Made by a program: the position numbers and the translations under genes. The notes below the pieces were generated by a model, which saw only the letters and a list, made by a program, of their open reading frames with translations, did no database searches and had not been told where the DNA came from. This document shows positions 1 to 9,834 of a stretch of DNA of 64,000 bases, in pieces. Source of the DNA: Diplonema japonicum (lineage: Eukaryota; Protista; Euglenozoa: Diplonemea); assembly GCA_964019335.1 (NCBI GenBank), contig OZ025674.1, positions 558,001-622,000 of the forward strand. Direction: 5' to 3'. How positions within the stretch are numbered: position 1 is the stretch's first letter; every line of letters starts with the position of its first letter.

Positions 1-17
1 GTGAGAACGGGCTGTCT

Positions 18-1592
18 GTGTCCCCAATCACGGTCATGGACTCACCAGCCGTACCCATGCCGTCGGCATTAACGCCCCAGTTTTCAGCATCAGAGCCAAC
101 CTGCATGGGGAGGCCCAGACGAACCCCGTTGCCTCAGGTCTCTTGTAGGAGTTCACTTCCCTCCGTCTTGCACTTTTCTAGAGACTCTGCTTTGAGTGTT
201 TCACTCAGCACAAGCTTTGCAGAAAATGTTGCAAGCAGACCATTGAGTCAGGACAAGGCGGTAGAGGCCCAGTGCCATCCCATCGTGGACAGCAACACAA
301 GAGCCTGTACTGGAGATGCCAGAACACAGGAGCTCGTGCTAGAGATGTCCGAAAGTACGTGTGAGCAGTTTGGTGAAGTGCACAAAGGTCTGCAAGAACA
401 GGAGCCCAGCCAGGATCCAGCAGTGCGTGACACGGGGTGCTTGTTGGTGTCAAAAGACCAGCATGAAGTGGATGAAAGCACAGATGAGCAAGATGAAGAA
501 GAGGTTTTCAAATTAGCGCTCGCAAAGCACTTCCATAATAAGATATGTGTGAAGCGGGCTCTCCTTAGCTGGAAGAGGTTTCATGTAACACAAGTGCAGG
601 ATGTGCGTGCTGAGCGAGTGGTGAAACTACTCCGTCGTGGAAGGCACGTCGACTGCATGGGCACTGAATCACCAGTGTCGTCCGCAAGCGTACAGACAAG
701 TACCGACAGGGGCACAAGCCCTGCTACCTGTACAGAATCCAGTCAGTCAAGCACAAAGTACGACGTGTTCTCGCTGAAGGCGTCAAAAAGGAGGGAAAAG
801 AGGCTTCGTGCACGCGAGGAGCTCCAAAACAGATACCTGCATGCACTGGAGCAAAAGAAACAAGCAGATGAGATGCACCAGCAAGCACTTGAGGAGCAAG
901 CAACAAAGGAGAAGAAAGCTGCTCAATATGCAAAACGCGAGAAAAAGAAATCTGAGCTCGCCGCAAAGAAGGAGAAGGAAGAACGGAAGAAGGTTTTAAA
1001 GGCAAAGACAACCAAAGCTGTGCTGCACTACCACCGGGTTGTGGCTGGGAAGTGCCTAATGAGGTTGAGGAGCAATGTCGCAATGAGCAAGGCACTAAGG
1101 GAGGAAGCAGAGTGCAGGGGAAGGGCAGCAACGCTGCAGCGCTCAATGTGCGTGTGGAAAGATTCCTGTGAACAGTGGCGCAGGGTGCATATGATAAGCT
1201 TCGTGTTCAGGTGCATCACTTTGAGAAGGTTGTTGTTGCAGTGCTTCAAAAGGGGCTTCTTGAGGAGGTGGCGAGGTGTGGTCACTGCTAAGAAGCTGGA
1301 CGCAGTCAACGCCGCTCGTCTGGACCGCCAGAGAGTGCAGAGGATCGCCTTGGGACAGTGGCGCACCGCTTTGCACACTAAGAGTGCTAAGAGAGACCTG
1401 TCGGCAGCAAGGCAGGCCGATGAGCTGCTCTCTGCCTTCATGCATACCAAGAAACGTCGCCTGTTCACCTCTTGGAAGGACAAAGTGGCCGACAAGCTGA
1501 ACCAACAGCAGCGTCTGCAGTTCCGCAGGCGCATGGCCAACGCTATAAAGGATCTTGTGGGTGACGCGCACGCGCCGCTAGCTGTGCCGTAG
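18..1592 (+). CDS. Sfi1-like repeat / coiled-coil protein, probably 5'-partial
   Basis: Long ORF at the window edge. Recurring A..H/F......l..W spacing (ALAKHFHNKICVKRALLSW, AVLHYHRVVAGKCLMRL, RIALGQW, RRLFTSW) resembles centrin-binding Sfi1 repeats. Confidence 0.5.
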   Translation: MSPITVMDSPAVPMPSALTPQFSASEPTCMGRPRRTPLPQVSCRSSLPSVLHFSRDSALSVSLSTSFAENVASRPLSQDKAVEAQCHPIVDSNTRACTGDARTQELVLEMSESTCEQFGEVHKGLQEQEPSQDPAVRDTGCLLVSKDQHEVDESTDEQDEEEVFKLALAKHFHNKICVKRALLSWKRFHVTQVQDVRAERVVKLLRRGRHVDCMGTESPVSSASVQTSTDRGTSPATCTESSQSSTKYDVFSLKASKRREKRLRAREELQNRYLHALEQKKQADEMHQQALEEQATKEKKAAQYAKREKKKSELAAKKEKEERKKVLKAKTTKAVLHYHRVVAGKCLMRLRSNVAMSKALREEAECRGRAATLQRSMCVWKDSCEQWRRVHMISFVFRCITLRRLLLQCFKRGFLRRWRGVVTAKKLDAVNAARLDRQRVQRIALGQWRTALHTKSAKRDLSAARQADELLSAFMHTKKRRLFTSWKDKVADKLNQQQRLQFRRRMANAIKDLVGDAHAPLAVP

Positions 1593-1721
1593 CCACAGGG
1601 AGGGCAGATATTGTCATGATGCATGCACAAAGTGCCTGTACTTAGAATTAGATTTGTTTTTACCTTGATGTTATTCACCCGACGCATGCGCTTCTCATCT
1701 TCACACACAGGATTGGATACG

Positions 1722-4700
1722 ATGACCGGTTTAGAGAAGTATCGCAAGTACGGCAGCCTTGCTGACGTAGGTACGAACCTTACTCAACTGAAGCCTAACA
1801 AGGTGCATGAGATCCTACAGCGCGCTAAAGAGGTTGGCGTCGACAAGATGATCATTCTCGGGACGTGCGTGACGAGCAGCACTGATGCAATGCGCATGGC
1901 CAACAACAAGAATTACCTCAGCCACGGTGTGGAGCTCTTCTTCACTGCAGGTGTGCACCCTTACGAAAGCAAGTCGTGGGACAGCAGCAGTAAAGATCTT
2001 CTCCGTAGGTGCCTCAAAGACAAGCGGTGCGTTGCCGTTGGCGAGTGCGGTCTGGATTACCACAACCAGGTTTCACCGATTGAAGTACAAAAGTGGGTTC
2101 TTGACTGTCAGCTGAAACTCGCAAGTGAGTTTAACCTCCCTTTGTATCTTCATGAGCGGGCCTTCTCTGGGAACGATGCTCAACGTGACCTTCTTGAAGC
2201 ACTGTCGTGCTACCCTGCCCTGTGCTACCAAAGCATCATCCATTGCTTCGACTCCACACCTGAGGCTTTGGAGAAGTACCTTTCTCTGCACATGCGGATC
2301 AGCATAAGTGGTCTGGTGGGCTCCACTCGCAAGGGTGAGCGGCTCAGGAACACCCTAAAGACAGTGCGTCCGCCCCTTTCTTCAATCATGATAGAAAGCG
2401 ACACGCCATACCTGCGCCCTGACAACCTCCCTGCCACCTTCACTCTCAAGGGTAGCGAACCGGCTATGCTGCCCTTGATCATCGACATGGTAGCTGAGTG
2501 TCTTCAAGAGGACCCTGAAGTTGTTGCTGCCACAACTTCCAAAACGGCCCTCTCTTTCTTTTGCTTGGATAAGGCATTCTCGGAACCTGCTGCTCTGAAG
2601 CCTCATTCCTTGCAAACTGGGCAGGCGACACAGAACCACTGTCCGGTGAACGCCCCCCGCATCATCCTGCCTCTTGCCCTTGCCAAATTGTGCCGCACAC
2701 TGCGAAGCGCTTCCATTGACTGCCTGCTGTTGTCGCATGACGATATTGCGTCCCTTCTCACGATAGGCCAGAAGGAAGACAGAGTTGTGCTCCTGAAGCC
2801 AGAGGTGAAGCTTCCCAGTCATTTGTGTGTTGAGCAGCCGCTGTTCAGGCTCAAGTGCCTCAACCCGGGCACGCAGTTCAAGGAAGTGATCAAGGAGTTC
2901 GATATCAAGCTCACAAAGGAGGACTTCGAGCTGCATCGCAGGTGTGGGGTGTGCAACAAATGCGTTTGGATGGAAGACACACCAGACAAGGCAGAAGGGT
3001 ACGTTGAGGACAGCACCAGGCTCATGTTCAGCGTGCTGATGAGATGCCAGTTCTGCAACAGAGTTTACTGGCCACAGAACGATTACGATACATGCCTTAA
3101 CAATCTATTTGCCTTACTCAAAACGCCTCACAACGACTCCGACGAGGGCAAGAAGCAGGCTGACTACGTTGTAAGACAGGCAACTCAGCAGCAGCGCTCG
3201 AACTGCCTCATGTGGAATGGGAAAGCCGGGAGCTGTACAGAAGGAAACAGGTGCGAGTGGCGGCACAGCTCGAAGATAGTTGATGAGGTGCACGTCATCG
3301 TCACGCACAACATCTACGGGGTGCTTCTCATGAAGGGGAAGAGGTCCGGCGGTCCGTTGTGGGAGGTGCCAAAGGGGCGTCTCGAGAGCAGTGACCCGCC
3401 CTTGCAAGTGGCTCTCGGCGTCATCAAGAAAGAGCTTGGAATGGATGTCCCACCAGCTCGCGTGCACCAGGCAACTGACAGCTTGACTGGCAAGGCTCTC
3501 TCCTCTGGAAGACGTAAGTACTTCTGCCTGTACCTCAATGAGAATGACAGTAGTAGGAACCTTATGTGGACCAGGCCCGCTGATTCTGGTGAGCCTTTCT
3601 GGCTAGCCTCCTCGCGGCCTTTCTGCCTTGTGTCGGACTACGCACAGGCGGCACGTGTGGTAAAGAAGGGCTACAGAGGCGATGTCGACGGTGCCAATGC
3701 TCTGAAGAAGTTCTGCCCTCTGAACATTGCCAAGCGTGCAGACAGGTCCGCAGATGTAAAGGTTAGGATGCTTGACGCGAGCTCAGATCTCATGAACTTT
3801 GCGACGGCCTCTCTGGAAGAAGAAGCGGAAGCCAAACTGACAGGGATGATCAAAAAGCTTGGTGAGAAAGGTGTGCGCTGTGGCATGAACCGCGCCTTGT
3901 GGGAAACTAAAGCGCCTATAGCAAAGCTGCAGTGCACGACGCGGCAGGTGATGAGCAGCAATGCGGCCAAGGTGCAATCAGAGATCCTGTTGAAATGGGC
4001 TGAGCAGGAGCGGTGTTCCACACCACCAGAAGCGTTGCAGGTGTTGCAAGCTATTCGTGGGAGCTCCGCTGAGCTGTGGGGTGCAGAGGTGGAGAGCGTT
4101 GACCTGTTCGGCAGCACTGTGACAGGCATCGCTACGGCAGGTGGGGATGTGGACGTCTGCCTGAGGTTGAAGAGCATGCTGTGCTTGGGCATGAAGCACG
4201 CTGTAGAAGGTAAAGAAAGAGAGAAAGAATGTGAGGCATTAGTGCAGCTTTCGAAGCACTTAGTGTCACAAGGCATCCTGACGGAGACAGACACCATTCT
4301 GTCAGCACGCGTCCCTGTGATCACAGGAACCATCGCAGGACGAAAGACTGACATCACATTGCGTTACCTGGGTGTCATGAACACAGAGTTGCTGGTGTCG
4401 TATTTCACGCGCTACGAGTGGCTGGTTCCGGTGTGCTTCGTCGTGAAGAACCTTGCCGTGTGGTGCGGCGTGAAGGGCAGCGACGTCGGGTTGTTTTCTT
4501 CGTACGGACTAGTGCTGATGGTGTTGTACTGCTGCATGAAAAAGGGGCTCGTTAGTAAGGAGGACCTGCCCAGAGACAACAATAAGTGTGACGTGGCTCA
4601 TGTTCTGGAGATGTTCCTTGCGTACTACGGGTGGGAACATAGCTACACACAGGAGGCGGTTTGCATCCAGAACCTGTGCATGGCAAAGAAGGACGTAGAC

Positions 4701-4874
4701 TTGCCGAAAACACCCATGATGCTGCTTGACCCCCTTGAGCCAGATGTCAACCTGTGCCGCACTATGAAGGACGCCCAGCTCGACGATGTGGTCCGCCGCT
4801 TCAAGCTCGCACACTACACACTGGCAACTAGCACTCTTGCCAAGCAGCTGACCAATGGTTTAATGTTGGACTGA
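1722..4874 (+). CDS. Multidomain fusion: TatD nuclease, Mut7-C-like domain, CCCH zinc finger, degenerate Nudix, Cid1/TUTase-family nucleotidyltransferase with PAP-associated domain (~1050 aa)
   Basis: TatD motifs DVGTNLT, GVHP, GECGLDY, LHER, HCF, ESDTPY. Mut7-C motifs LAKLCRTLR..IDC, RCGVCN..CQFCNRVYW. CCCH finger CLMWNGKAGSCTEGNRCEWRH. Nudix-like WEVPKGRLESSD..KKELG. NTase FGS..GDVDV..ARVPVI..TDI, SSYGLVLM, LDPLEPDVNLCR. ATG 1722 follows cacacacag (1710). Confidence 0.85.
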   Translation: MTGLEKYRKYGSLADVGTNLTQLKPNKVHEILQRAKEVGVDKMIILGTCVTSSTDAMRMANNKNYLSHGVELFFTAGVHPYESKSWDSSSKDLLRRCLKDKRCVAVGECGLDYHNQVSPIEVQKWVLDCQLKLASEFNLPLYLHERAFSGNDAQRDLLEALSCYPALCYQSIIHCFDSTPEALEKYLSLHMRISISGLVGSTRKGERLRNTLKTVRPPLSSIMIESDTPYLRPDNLPATFTLKGSEPAMLPLIIDMVAECLQEDPEVVAATTSKTALSFFCLDKAFSEPAALKPHSLQTGQATQNHCPVNAPRIILPLALAKLCRTLRSASIDCLLLSHDDIASLLTIGQKEDRVVLLKPEVKLPSHLCVEQPLFRLKCLNPGTQFKEVIKEFDIKLTKEDFELHRRCGVCNKCVWMEDTPDKAEGYVEDSTRLMFSVLMRCQFCNRVYWPQNDYDTCLNNLFALLKTPHNDSDEGKKQADYVVRQATQQQRSNCLMWNGKAGSCTEGNRCEWRHSSKIVDEVHVIVTHNIYGVLLMKGKRSGGPLWEVPKGRLESSDPPLQVALGVIKKELGMDVPPARVHQATDSLTGKALSSGRRKYFCLYLNENDSSRNLMWTRPADSGEPFWLASSRPFCLVSDYAQAARVVKKGYRGDVDGANALKKFCPLNIAKRADRSADVKVRMLDASSDLMNFATASLEEEAEAKLTGMIKKLGEKGVRCGMNRALWETKAPIAKLQCTTRQVMSSNAAKVQSEILLKWAEQERCSTPPEALQVLQAIRGSSAELWGAEVESVDLFGSTVTGIATAGGDVDVCLRLKSMLCLGMKHAVEGKEREKECEALVQLSKHLVSQGILTETDTILSARVPVITGTIAGRKTDITLRYLGVMNTELLVSYFTRYEWLVPVCFVVKNLAVWCGVKGSDVGLFSSYGLVLMVLYCCMKKGLVSKEDLPRDNNKCDVAHVLEMFLAYYGWEHSYTQEAVCIQNLCMAKKDVDLPKTPMMLLDPLEPDVNLCRTMKDAQLDDVVRRFKLAHYTLATSTLAKQLTNGLMLD

Positions 4875-5046
4875 ATTACTTCGCACAGCCAGCCCTCCGC
4901 CCCACCACTATCTTGGAGGCGTTTGAGGGCAGCTGTGTGCTTCAAATTCATATCTGCTGTGATGCTTCTCTTTTCCCTCGTTTTTTTCTCTGTTCTCCCT
5001 GCTCCCAATGTTTAAGACAAAGCACACAGCAACTATATCATTCGAG

Positions 5047-6089
5047 ATGCCGAGAGGACCCCCGCAAGCAGCGATCCCGGAGACGGTGGCCACTACCGAC
5101 AACCTTCCGCCTGCAGATGTAGTGTCGCCGTTTGGCAGTTCGGTATGCAGTGCTTTGGTGTTATATAATTTCCCCCCTTCTTAGCAAATGTTCGTGACGG
5201 CGCCATTCACGGCAGGGCCGCACTATGTGAACGAATGGGAGCAGGAGGAGGGTGAGAGCAACAGCAGCAACGAGCTCTCGCTGCAGACCTCGACAGTGGT
5301 GGAGAAGGTAGTGACAACCACCACCACCACCACCACAACCATGGGCACCACCACCACCACTGACACCATTAAGAACGTCAACGTGGTGCAGAAGACTGAT
5401 GCTTCGACCTCCACCAGCATGGGCCCCTTCAGGGCCATTACTGCTCCTGCTTACACCCAATGGGACCAAGCGAATGAGGAGTGGGACAACAACGACGACG
5501 GGCTCCTCGCCAGTGCCGACAACCTTGGTATACAAAAGATCACTACCACTACTACCTACTTTAGGCGACATTGGCTTCGAGGAAGACGACCGCCCTGTGC
5601 TTACCGCCCCAGCACACACTGCCATGGACTATGTCCCTGAGCTCCTCAGAACAGAGAAGGAGAACGCACAAAGGAACCTCCACGCGGCGTGGCAGCGTCT
5701 CCCCCCCGAGTGCACCATGGGGTATGCAGCACAACTCATTATGTACTTTTTTAAGGCCTGGCTCACAGACACCTATGGTTCCCATGGTGAACCCCTTCAT
5801 GGTGGTCAACCCTTTCCTCCCTCAGATGTTCATGCCCCAGATGATGGTGGCGGGGCAGCAGATGCCGCAGCCCCTTATGCCCATGGCTGATCCCATCCAA
5901 CCACAGGAGGGTTCAGAGGAGGCGAAGGAGCCGAAGAAGAGGAGAAGGAGAAGGAGGCACAGGGGCAGAGGGAGAAGGGGAAGGGGGAAGAAGAAGCAGG
6001 ACGCCGAGGGAGAGGGTGAGGGTGCCGATGGCGAGCAGCCGCCGCTGGAGGACGATCTCTCAGATGAAGAATCCGAGGAGTGCGAGTAG
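5047..6089 (+). CDS. Low-complexity hypothetical protein (Thr-rich, PM/Q-rich, Arg/Lys-rich NLS-like and acidic tail), 3 introns
   Basis: Introns 5143-5184, 5528-5564 and 5722-5755 join the three overlapping ORFs into one frame: MPRGPPQ..QMFVTAP..GDIGFEEDD..GPGSQTPM..EECE*. Confidence 0.65.
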
Positions 6090-6270
6090 ATTGTGTTTTA
6101 AAATTGTCTTTCTACATTCTTTTTCTTTTTTGCGGGTCGTTGCTAACACTTCTTCCCCATCATAGTGAATTTCTTCCCCCTCCCCCTCCCATCCCATCCC
6201 ATCCCCCACCATCCTCATCTTTCCATTTGTTTTTGCTGCGCCCGGTGGTCTTGCGGTGCTTGTCGTTTGT

Positions 6271-6300
6271 ATTTTATTTTTATTTTTATTTTTATTTTTA

Positions 6301-6330
<30 letters not shown>
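6271..6330. repeat. (TTTTTA)n microsatellite, about 9 units
   Basis: Directly visible tandem TTTTTA units. Confidence 0.9.
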
Positions 6331-6331
<1 letters not shown>

Positions 6332-6424
6332 TCACATTTTTTTTTCTTTACTAACCAGCTGCTTTTCATGTCTTGTGTTATATGTCTCTTTGCCTCTGAG
6401 TCATCTTTATCCTATGTATTACCA

Positions 6425-6573
6425 GTAGCCGTGGTATCCCAGTACTACCGGTCTTCTGGCTACATGGGTAAAGAGCGAAGGTGCGCCCCTTTCCTGTCCG
6501 CACCGAGAGGCTGCTCCTGTTGCACGTGGCGGCTGTAAGCCCAGCTGCCACGAAGCATAGGCCGCGTCTCTTT
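6425..6573. other. GC-rich multi-hairpin element (possible structured RNA or UTR element)
   Basis: Complementary arms gtagcc/ggctac, gtggta/tactac, ggtgcg/cgcacc, cgtggcggctg/cagctgccacg and aaagag/ctcttt. Confidence 0.35.
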
Positions 6574-6599
6574 GGTTTGCTTTGGCGTTAAGGGTGGGT

Positions 6600-7900
6600 G
6601 CCTTTTATTAATTCAAAAAAAAAAAAAAAGAAGAGGAAAAAAAAGAAAAAAAAAGGAAACAAGAAAAGAGAAGGTGCAACAGACACGGACATTAGAGGAG
6701 TGCAGGTTTTAGTTTTTCAAGAAATTTTCTCTCCCTCCTGGAAACAAAGAGGAAAAAAAAAAAGGAAAAAAAAAAAAAAAAAAACGTGGAGAAGGGCCAC
6801 TGGATGCTGCCTGGCAGAAGGAAATGGATTGAGGTGAGGTTTTCTTTTTCTCTATTTTTTTTTTGTTTTAACAATATTATTGTCGAGACTAAAAACTAGT
6901 TGATGGCAGCGTAATGAGCTATTTTATTAGGTAAAATTCCGCTCGTGCGCCCAAACAAAGAAAATGTCAAGGGACGAGTTCGCGCATTGAGCAACAGAGG
7001 AAGGCAAGGGTGTGACCAAGTGATGGGTCTAATATATACTAACGTAAAGCCGAGTAACTAACCTCACAGTTCTTTTTTAACCTTTTAAACTTCTGTCGTG
7101 TTTATTTCTTTTTTAGCAAAGTGATGGCAAGCAGTTGGTAGGAAGGCCTTACCCTCTCCTTTACATAGTTCTATTTTTTATTGCCCCCCCATTCCACCTT
7201 TCCCCCCTGTTTTTCCCAACCAAGGTCGTGTCACGGAAAGTGACACATCATCTATTGTTTTCTTCAAATGTTGCAAGAAATAAAAGGTCCCATCTCCCCC
7301 ATGCACAAACAGAATTCTGAACACTAGCTTTTAATTTTTTATTGCCCGGGTTTTGTTTTTTGTTAATTTTCGGACTGAAAATTTGATAACTTCCACTTCT
7401 GTGTAAAGAAATCGGGTTTATACTTTTTTTTCTCTTTTCTTTCCCCCTCTATTTTTGGTAAATGCTCTTTACGTCTCTCAAACAGCAATATTTTACTTAC
7501 GAAAATCAATCTTTTTTGCTCCAAATGACCCATGACCCTACCCTATGTGCTGCCTAATTTTGTTCACGAACCGGAGGTGTCTAGCCGTTACTCCTGTTTG
7601 TTGAACGAGATCTTTTTGCACCCCCCCCCCTTGGGATTTATTTCAAGTGGAAATGTTTCTGTCATGCTATTTGATGCCGAAAGCCTTTATAACTACATTA
7701 GTCGTCGCTTTGCGGCATTTCCCCCCCCCTTTTTTTGTGCAGAGCTGGGAGTAATAGCTTGGCAGAATCATTCAAATGCTTTTTTTTTTTCATTTTTTGC
7801 CCCTTTCTTTGTCTTTTTACATCTTCCCCCCCCCCTTTTCCCCTCACACCCCCCCCCCTTTTTTTCTTTGAAGTTTTTATTATTGTGACATGTATATTCC
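6600..7900. repeat. Low-complexity intergenic region with poly(A), poly(T) and poly(C) tracts
   Basis: A-runs at about 6615-6655 and 6753-6784. T- and C-runs at about 7420-7870. ORFs here translate to poly-K/F/P and are not credible. Confidence 0.8.
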
Positions 7901-7929
7901 TTCTTTCTTTAGCCACCCCATACAGTAAC

Positions 7930-8661
7930 ATGCTCCGCGATGCCTTGAGGAGGCAGCAGCGGGCCGCGGTGACTCTAGGGAAGATAAACCCTGTGCCGAT
8001 GCCTAGGGAGGTGGCGGCCCTGCGGATGGCCTTGTGGGGAAGGGATCGATGGATGGAAAAGAAGGCCGAGGAATATGAGGCAGAGTGCCCTCCCTTCAAC
8101 TGCAGCACGGTGCTTTATGGTCTGGACCTGCTCTGGCTGCGGACAAGAGGACAGCGTCACAGCGCCGAGTTCCTCAGGGAGCTTATCAAAGCAAACAACC
8201 CAGAGACTGTCAGCTTCGCTATCATCCATACTAGGCAGACGTACCGCTTGGGCCTTCGGGCAATACGGAAAATTGGCGACCCAGACTCCGAGATTTCATG
8301 GATAGTAGGGCACTACCTCTCCGGATGCACATCCAGAGTCGAGCTGACCCTCCACGGACTGCGTGCTGTGGTGCACAAGTGGCGCTTCCAGGCGCTGCTC
8401 TTTTTCGCCGTAGTTGGTTCCCTCTTCGCCTTCCTTACCAGAGAAGTCACCACAGACACGCCCCTCATCTTGCCAGCCCCGACCCCCCCTCCGGCCCCTT
8501 CGACACCCAAGCCTCCGCCACCCCTCATCACCTCTACCATCATTAATGTCGCCATACCAACAACGCTGGCCACCTTCATCTTCGGCCCGCAAGGTCTAGC
8601 CATCTCGTGCGGCGCAGCAGTGATGGGGTCGCTCATATCATCTATCGAGCTGCAAGAATAG
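7930..8661 (+). CDS. Hypothetical membrane protein, possibly mitochondrial
   Basis: ATG 7930 follows tacag. MLRDALRRQQR N-terminus resembles a targeting peptide. Hydrophobic segments ALLFFAVVGSLFAFL and C-terminal helices, with a Pro-rich linker. Confidence 0.6.
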   Translation: MLRDALRRQQRAAVTLGKINPVPMPREVAALRMALWGRDRWMEKKAEEYEAECPPFNCSTVLYGLDLLWLRTRGQRHSAEFLRELIKANNPETVSFAIIHTRQTYRLGLRAIRKIGDPDSEISWIVGHYLSGCTSRVELTLHGLRAVVHKWRFQALLFFAVVGSLFAFLTREVTTDTPLILPAPTPPPAPSTPKPPPPLITSTIINVAIPTTLATFIFGPQGLAISCGAAVMGSLISSIELQE

Positions 8662-8745
8662 CCATAAGTAGCAGATACGGATTTTTTTCCAGTGAATTTG
8701 TTTATTTGTCAACCATCCACATCTCAGGGACTCAGGGGGCATGCC

Positions 8746-9735
8746 ATGAAGCGGGTGCTACGACCATCCCCTGGGAGTGGAATCGGGAACGGAGGTCAGT
8801 GCACAGCCCTATCGGGGCCTGGGGGTCGTCGTGCATCTACTGTAGATGCCGAGGCCGCGATGTTGCCGACATTAACAAGTGTCCCTGACCTCGCTACACA
8901 GCCTACTCCGGAGTTTCAGCCAGTTGAGCATGACGCGGTGCACCTTTTGCGGAGGACGTTGAGCCCTGTGCAACGGCATAGGGTATCCAACACGGAGCTG
9001 ACACTCGGTCACACGTACAGGGAGAATGGGCTGCGGTTGAACGAGCAGAGAAGGATGGTTGATGAGGGCTGGAAGACACGTCAGATGGCCATGGCGAATG
9101 TTGTGGGGCTGCTGTCGTGTGAGGAGAAGTACCGGATAGAAATAGAGAATTCCAGTGTGAGCGAAATGGGAAAGCTGCTGTGTGCCTTCCAGCATAAGTG
9201 GGTTGTCTGTCAGGAACGGTGGCGCGCCCTTGAGATGGTGGTGGAGAACGAGGCTCTGCTCCGCCAGGATATCGTCCAACTTGAGCAGGGCGAGCGTGCC
9301 AACATAGGTCTGCACGCTGTGAGGTTCTTTGCAGCACAGTACCAGGACTGCATGAGTCCGGGCGTCAAGAGCTTCAGACCGCTTCCTCCAATTAAGAAAG
9401 AGTTGCTTTTCAGTGCCGCAGATGTGCACCCTCCAAAGGGGGTCTATCGCGAGATCCCGCTCAGCAAGCTAATCAAAGAGGCTGCCCCAAAGGTACACTG
9501 GACACCATCCGCCTGCAGCAAGGTACTAGCAAAGCTCCTGTCTGTTGGCATCCGCACACCTAAAGACATTTTCGTTCACCCCACCGACATCAACACAACA
9601 CTGCGCAACGCGGGTCACCGTACTTTGCTGCCCTCCACCGTCGACATCCTGTCTACCCTCGCTGAGGCGCAGGCAGACGACTGCTCCCCACAGCGCAGAA
9701 GGAAGCCGTCTTTAACCAGAAGGCTTCGATTCTGA
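8746..9735 (+). CDS. Hypothetical protein (coiled-coil centre, small helical C-terminal domain)
   Basis: 330-codon ORF with coding-like composition; no family recognised. Confidence 0.6.
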   Translation: MKRVLRPSPGSGIGNGGQCTALSGPGGRRASTVDAEAAMLPTLTSVPDLATQPTPEFQPVEHDAVHLLRRTLSPVQRHRVSNTELTLGHTYRENGLRLNEQRRMVDEGWKTRQMAMANVVGLLSCEEKYRIEIENSSVSEMGKLLCAFQHKWVVCQERWRALEMVVENEALLRQDIVQLEQGERANIGLHAVRFFAAQYQDCMSPGVKSFRPLPPIKKELLFSAADVHPPKGVYREIPLSKLIKEAAPKVHWTPSACSKVLAKLLSVGIRTPKDIFVHPTDINTTLRNAGHRTLLPSTVDILSTLAEAQADDCSPQRRRKPSLTRRLRF

Positions 9736-9834
9736 ATTCGTATGTTGTTTTTTCCAAAACATGTTGCTGCCTTGGTTTTTTGTTCTTATATTTCAGTGTC
9801 CTCACAACACATGCACGACACACTCAGTACTAAG

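Noticed and set aside
7030-7080. tactaac/aactaac motifs followed by a T-run, resembling a spliced-leader RNA start or branch point
   Set aside because: The conserved SL exon 3' part (..TTTCTGTACT.TATTG|GT) is absent.
6080-7888. ORFs 6080-6538, 6165-6428, 6598-6837, 7532-7888
   Set aside because: They are translations of microsatellite and homopolymer runs (poly-FY, poly-K, poly-P/F).
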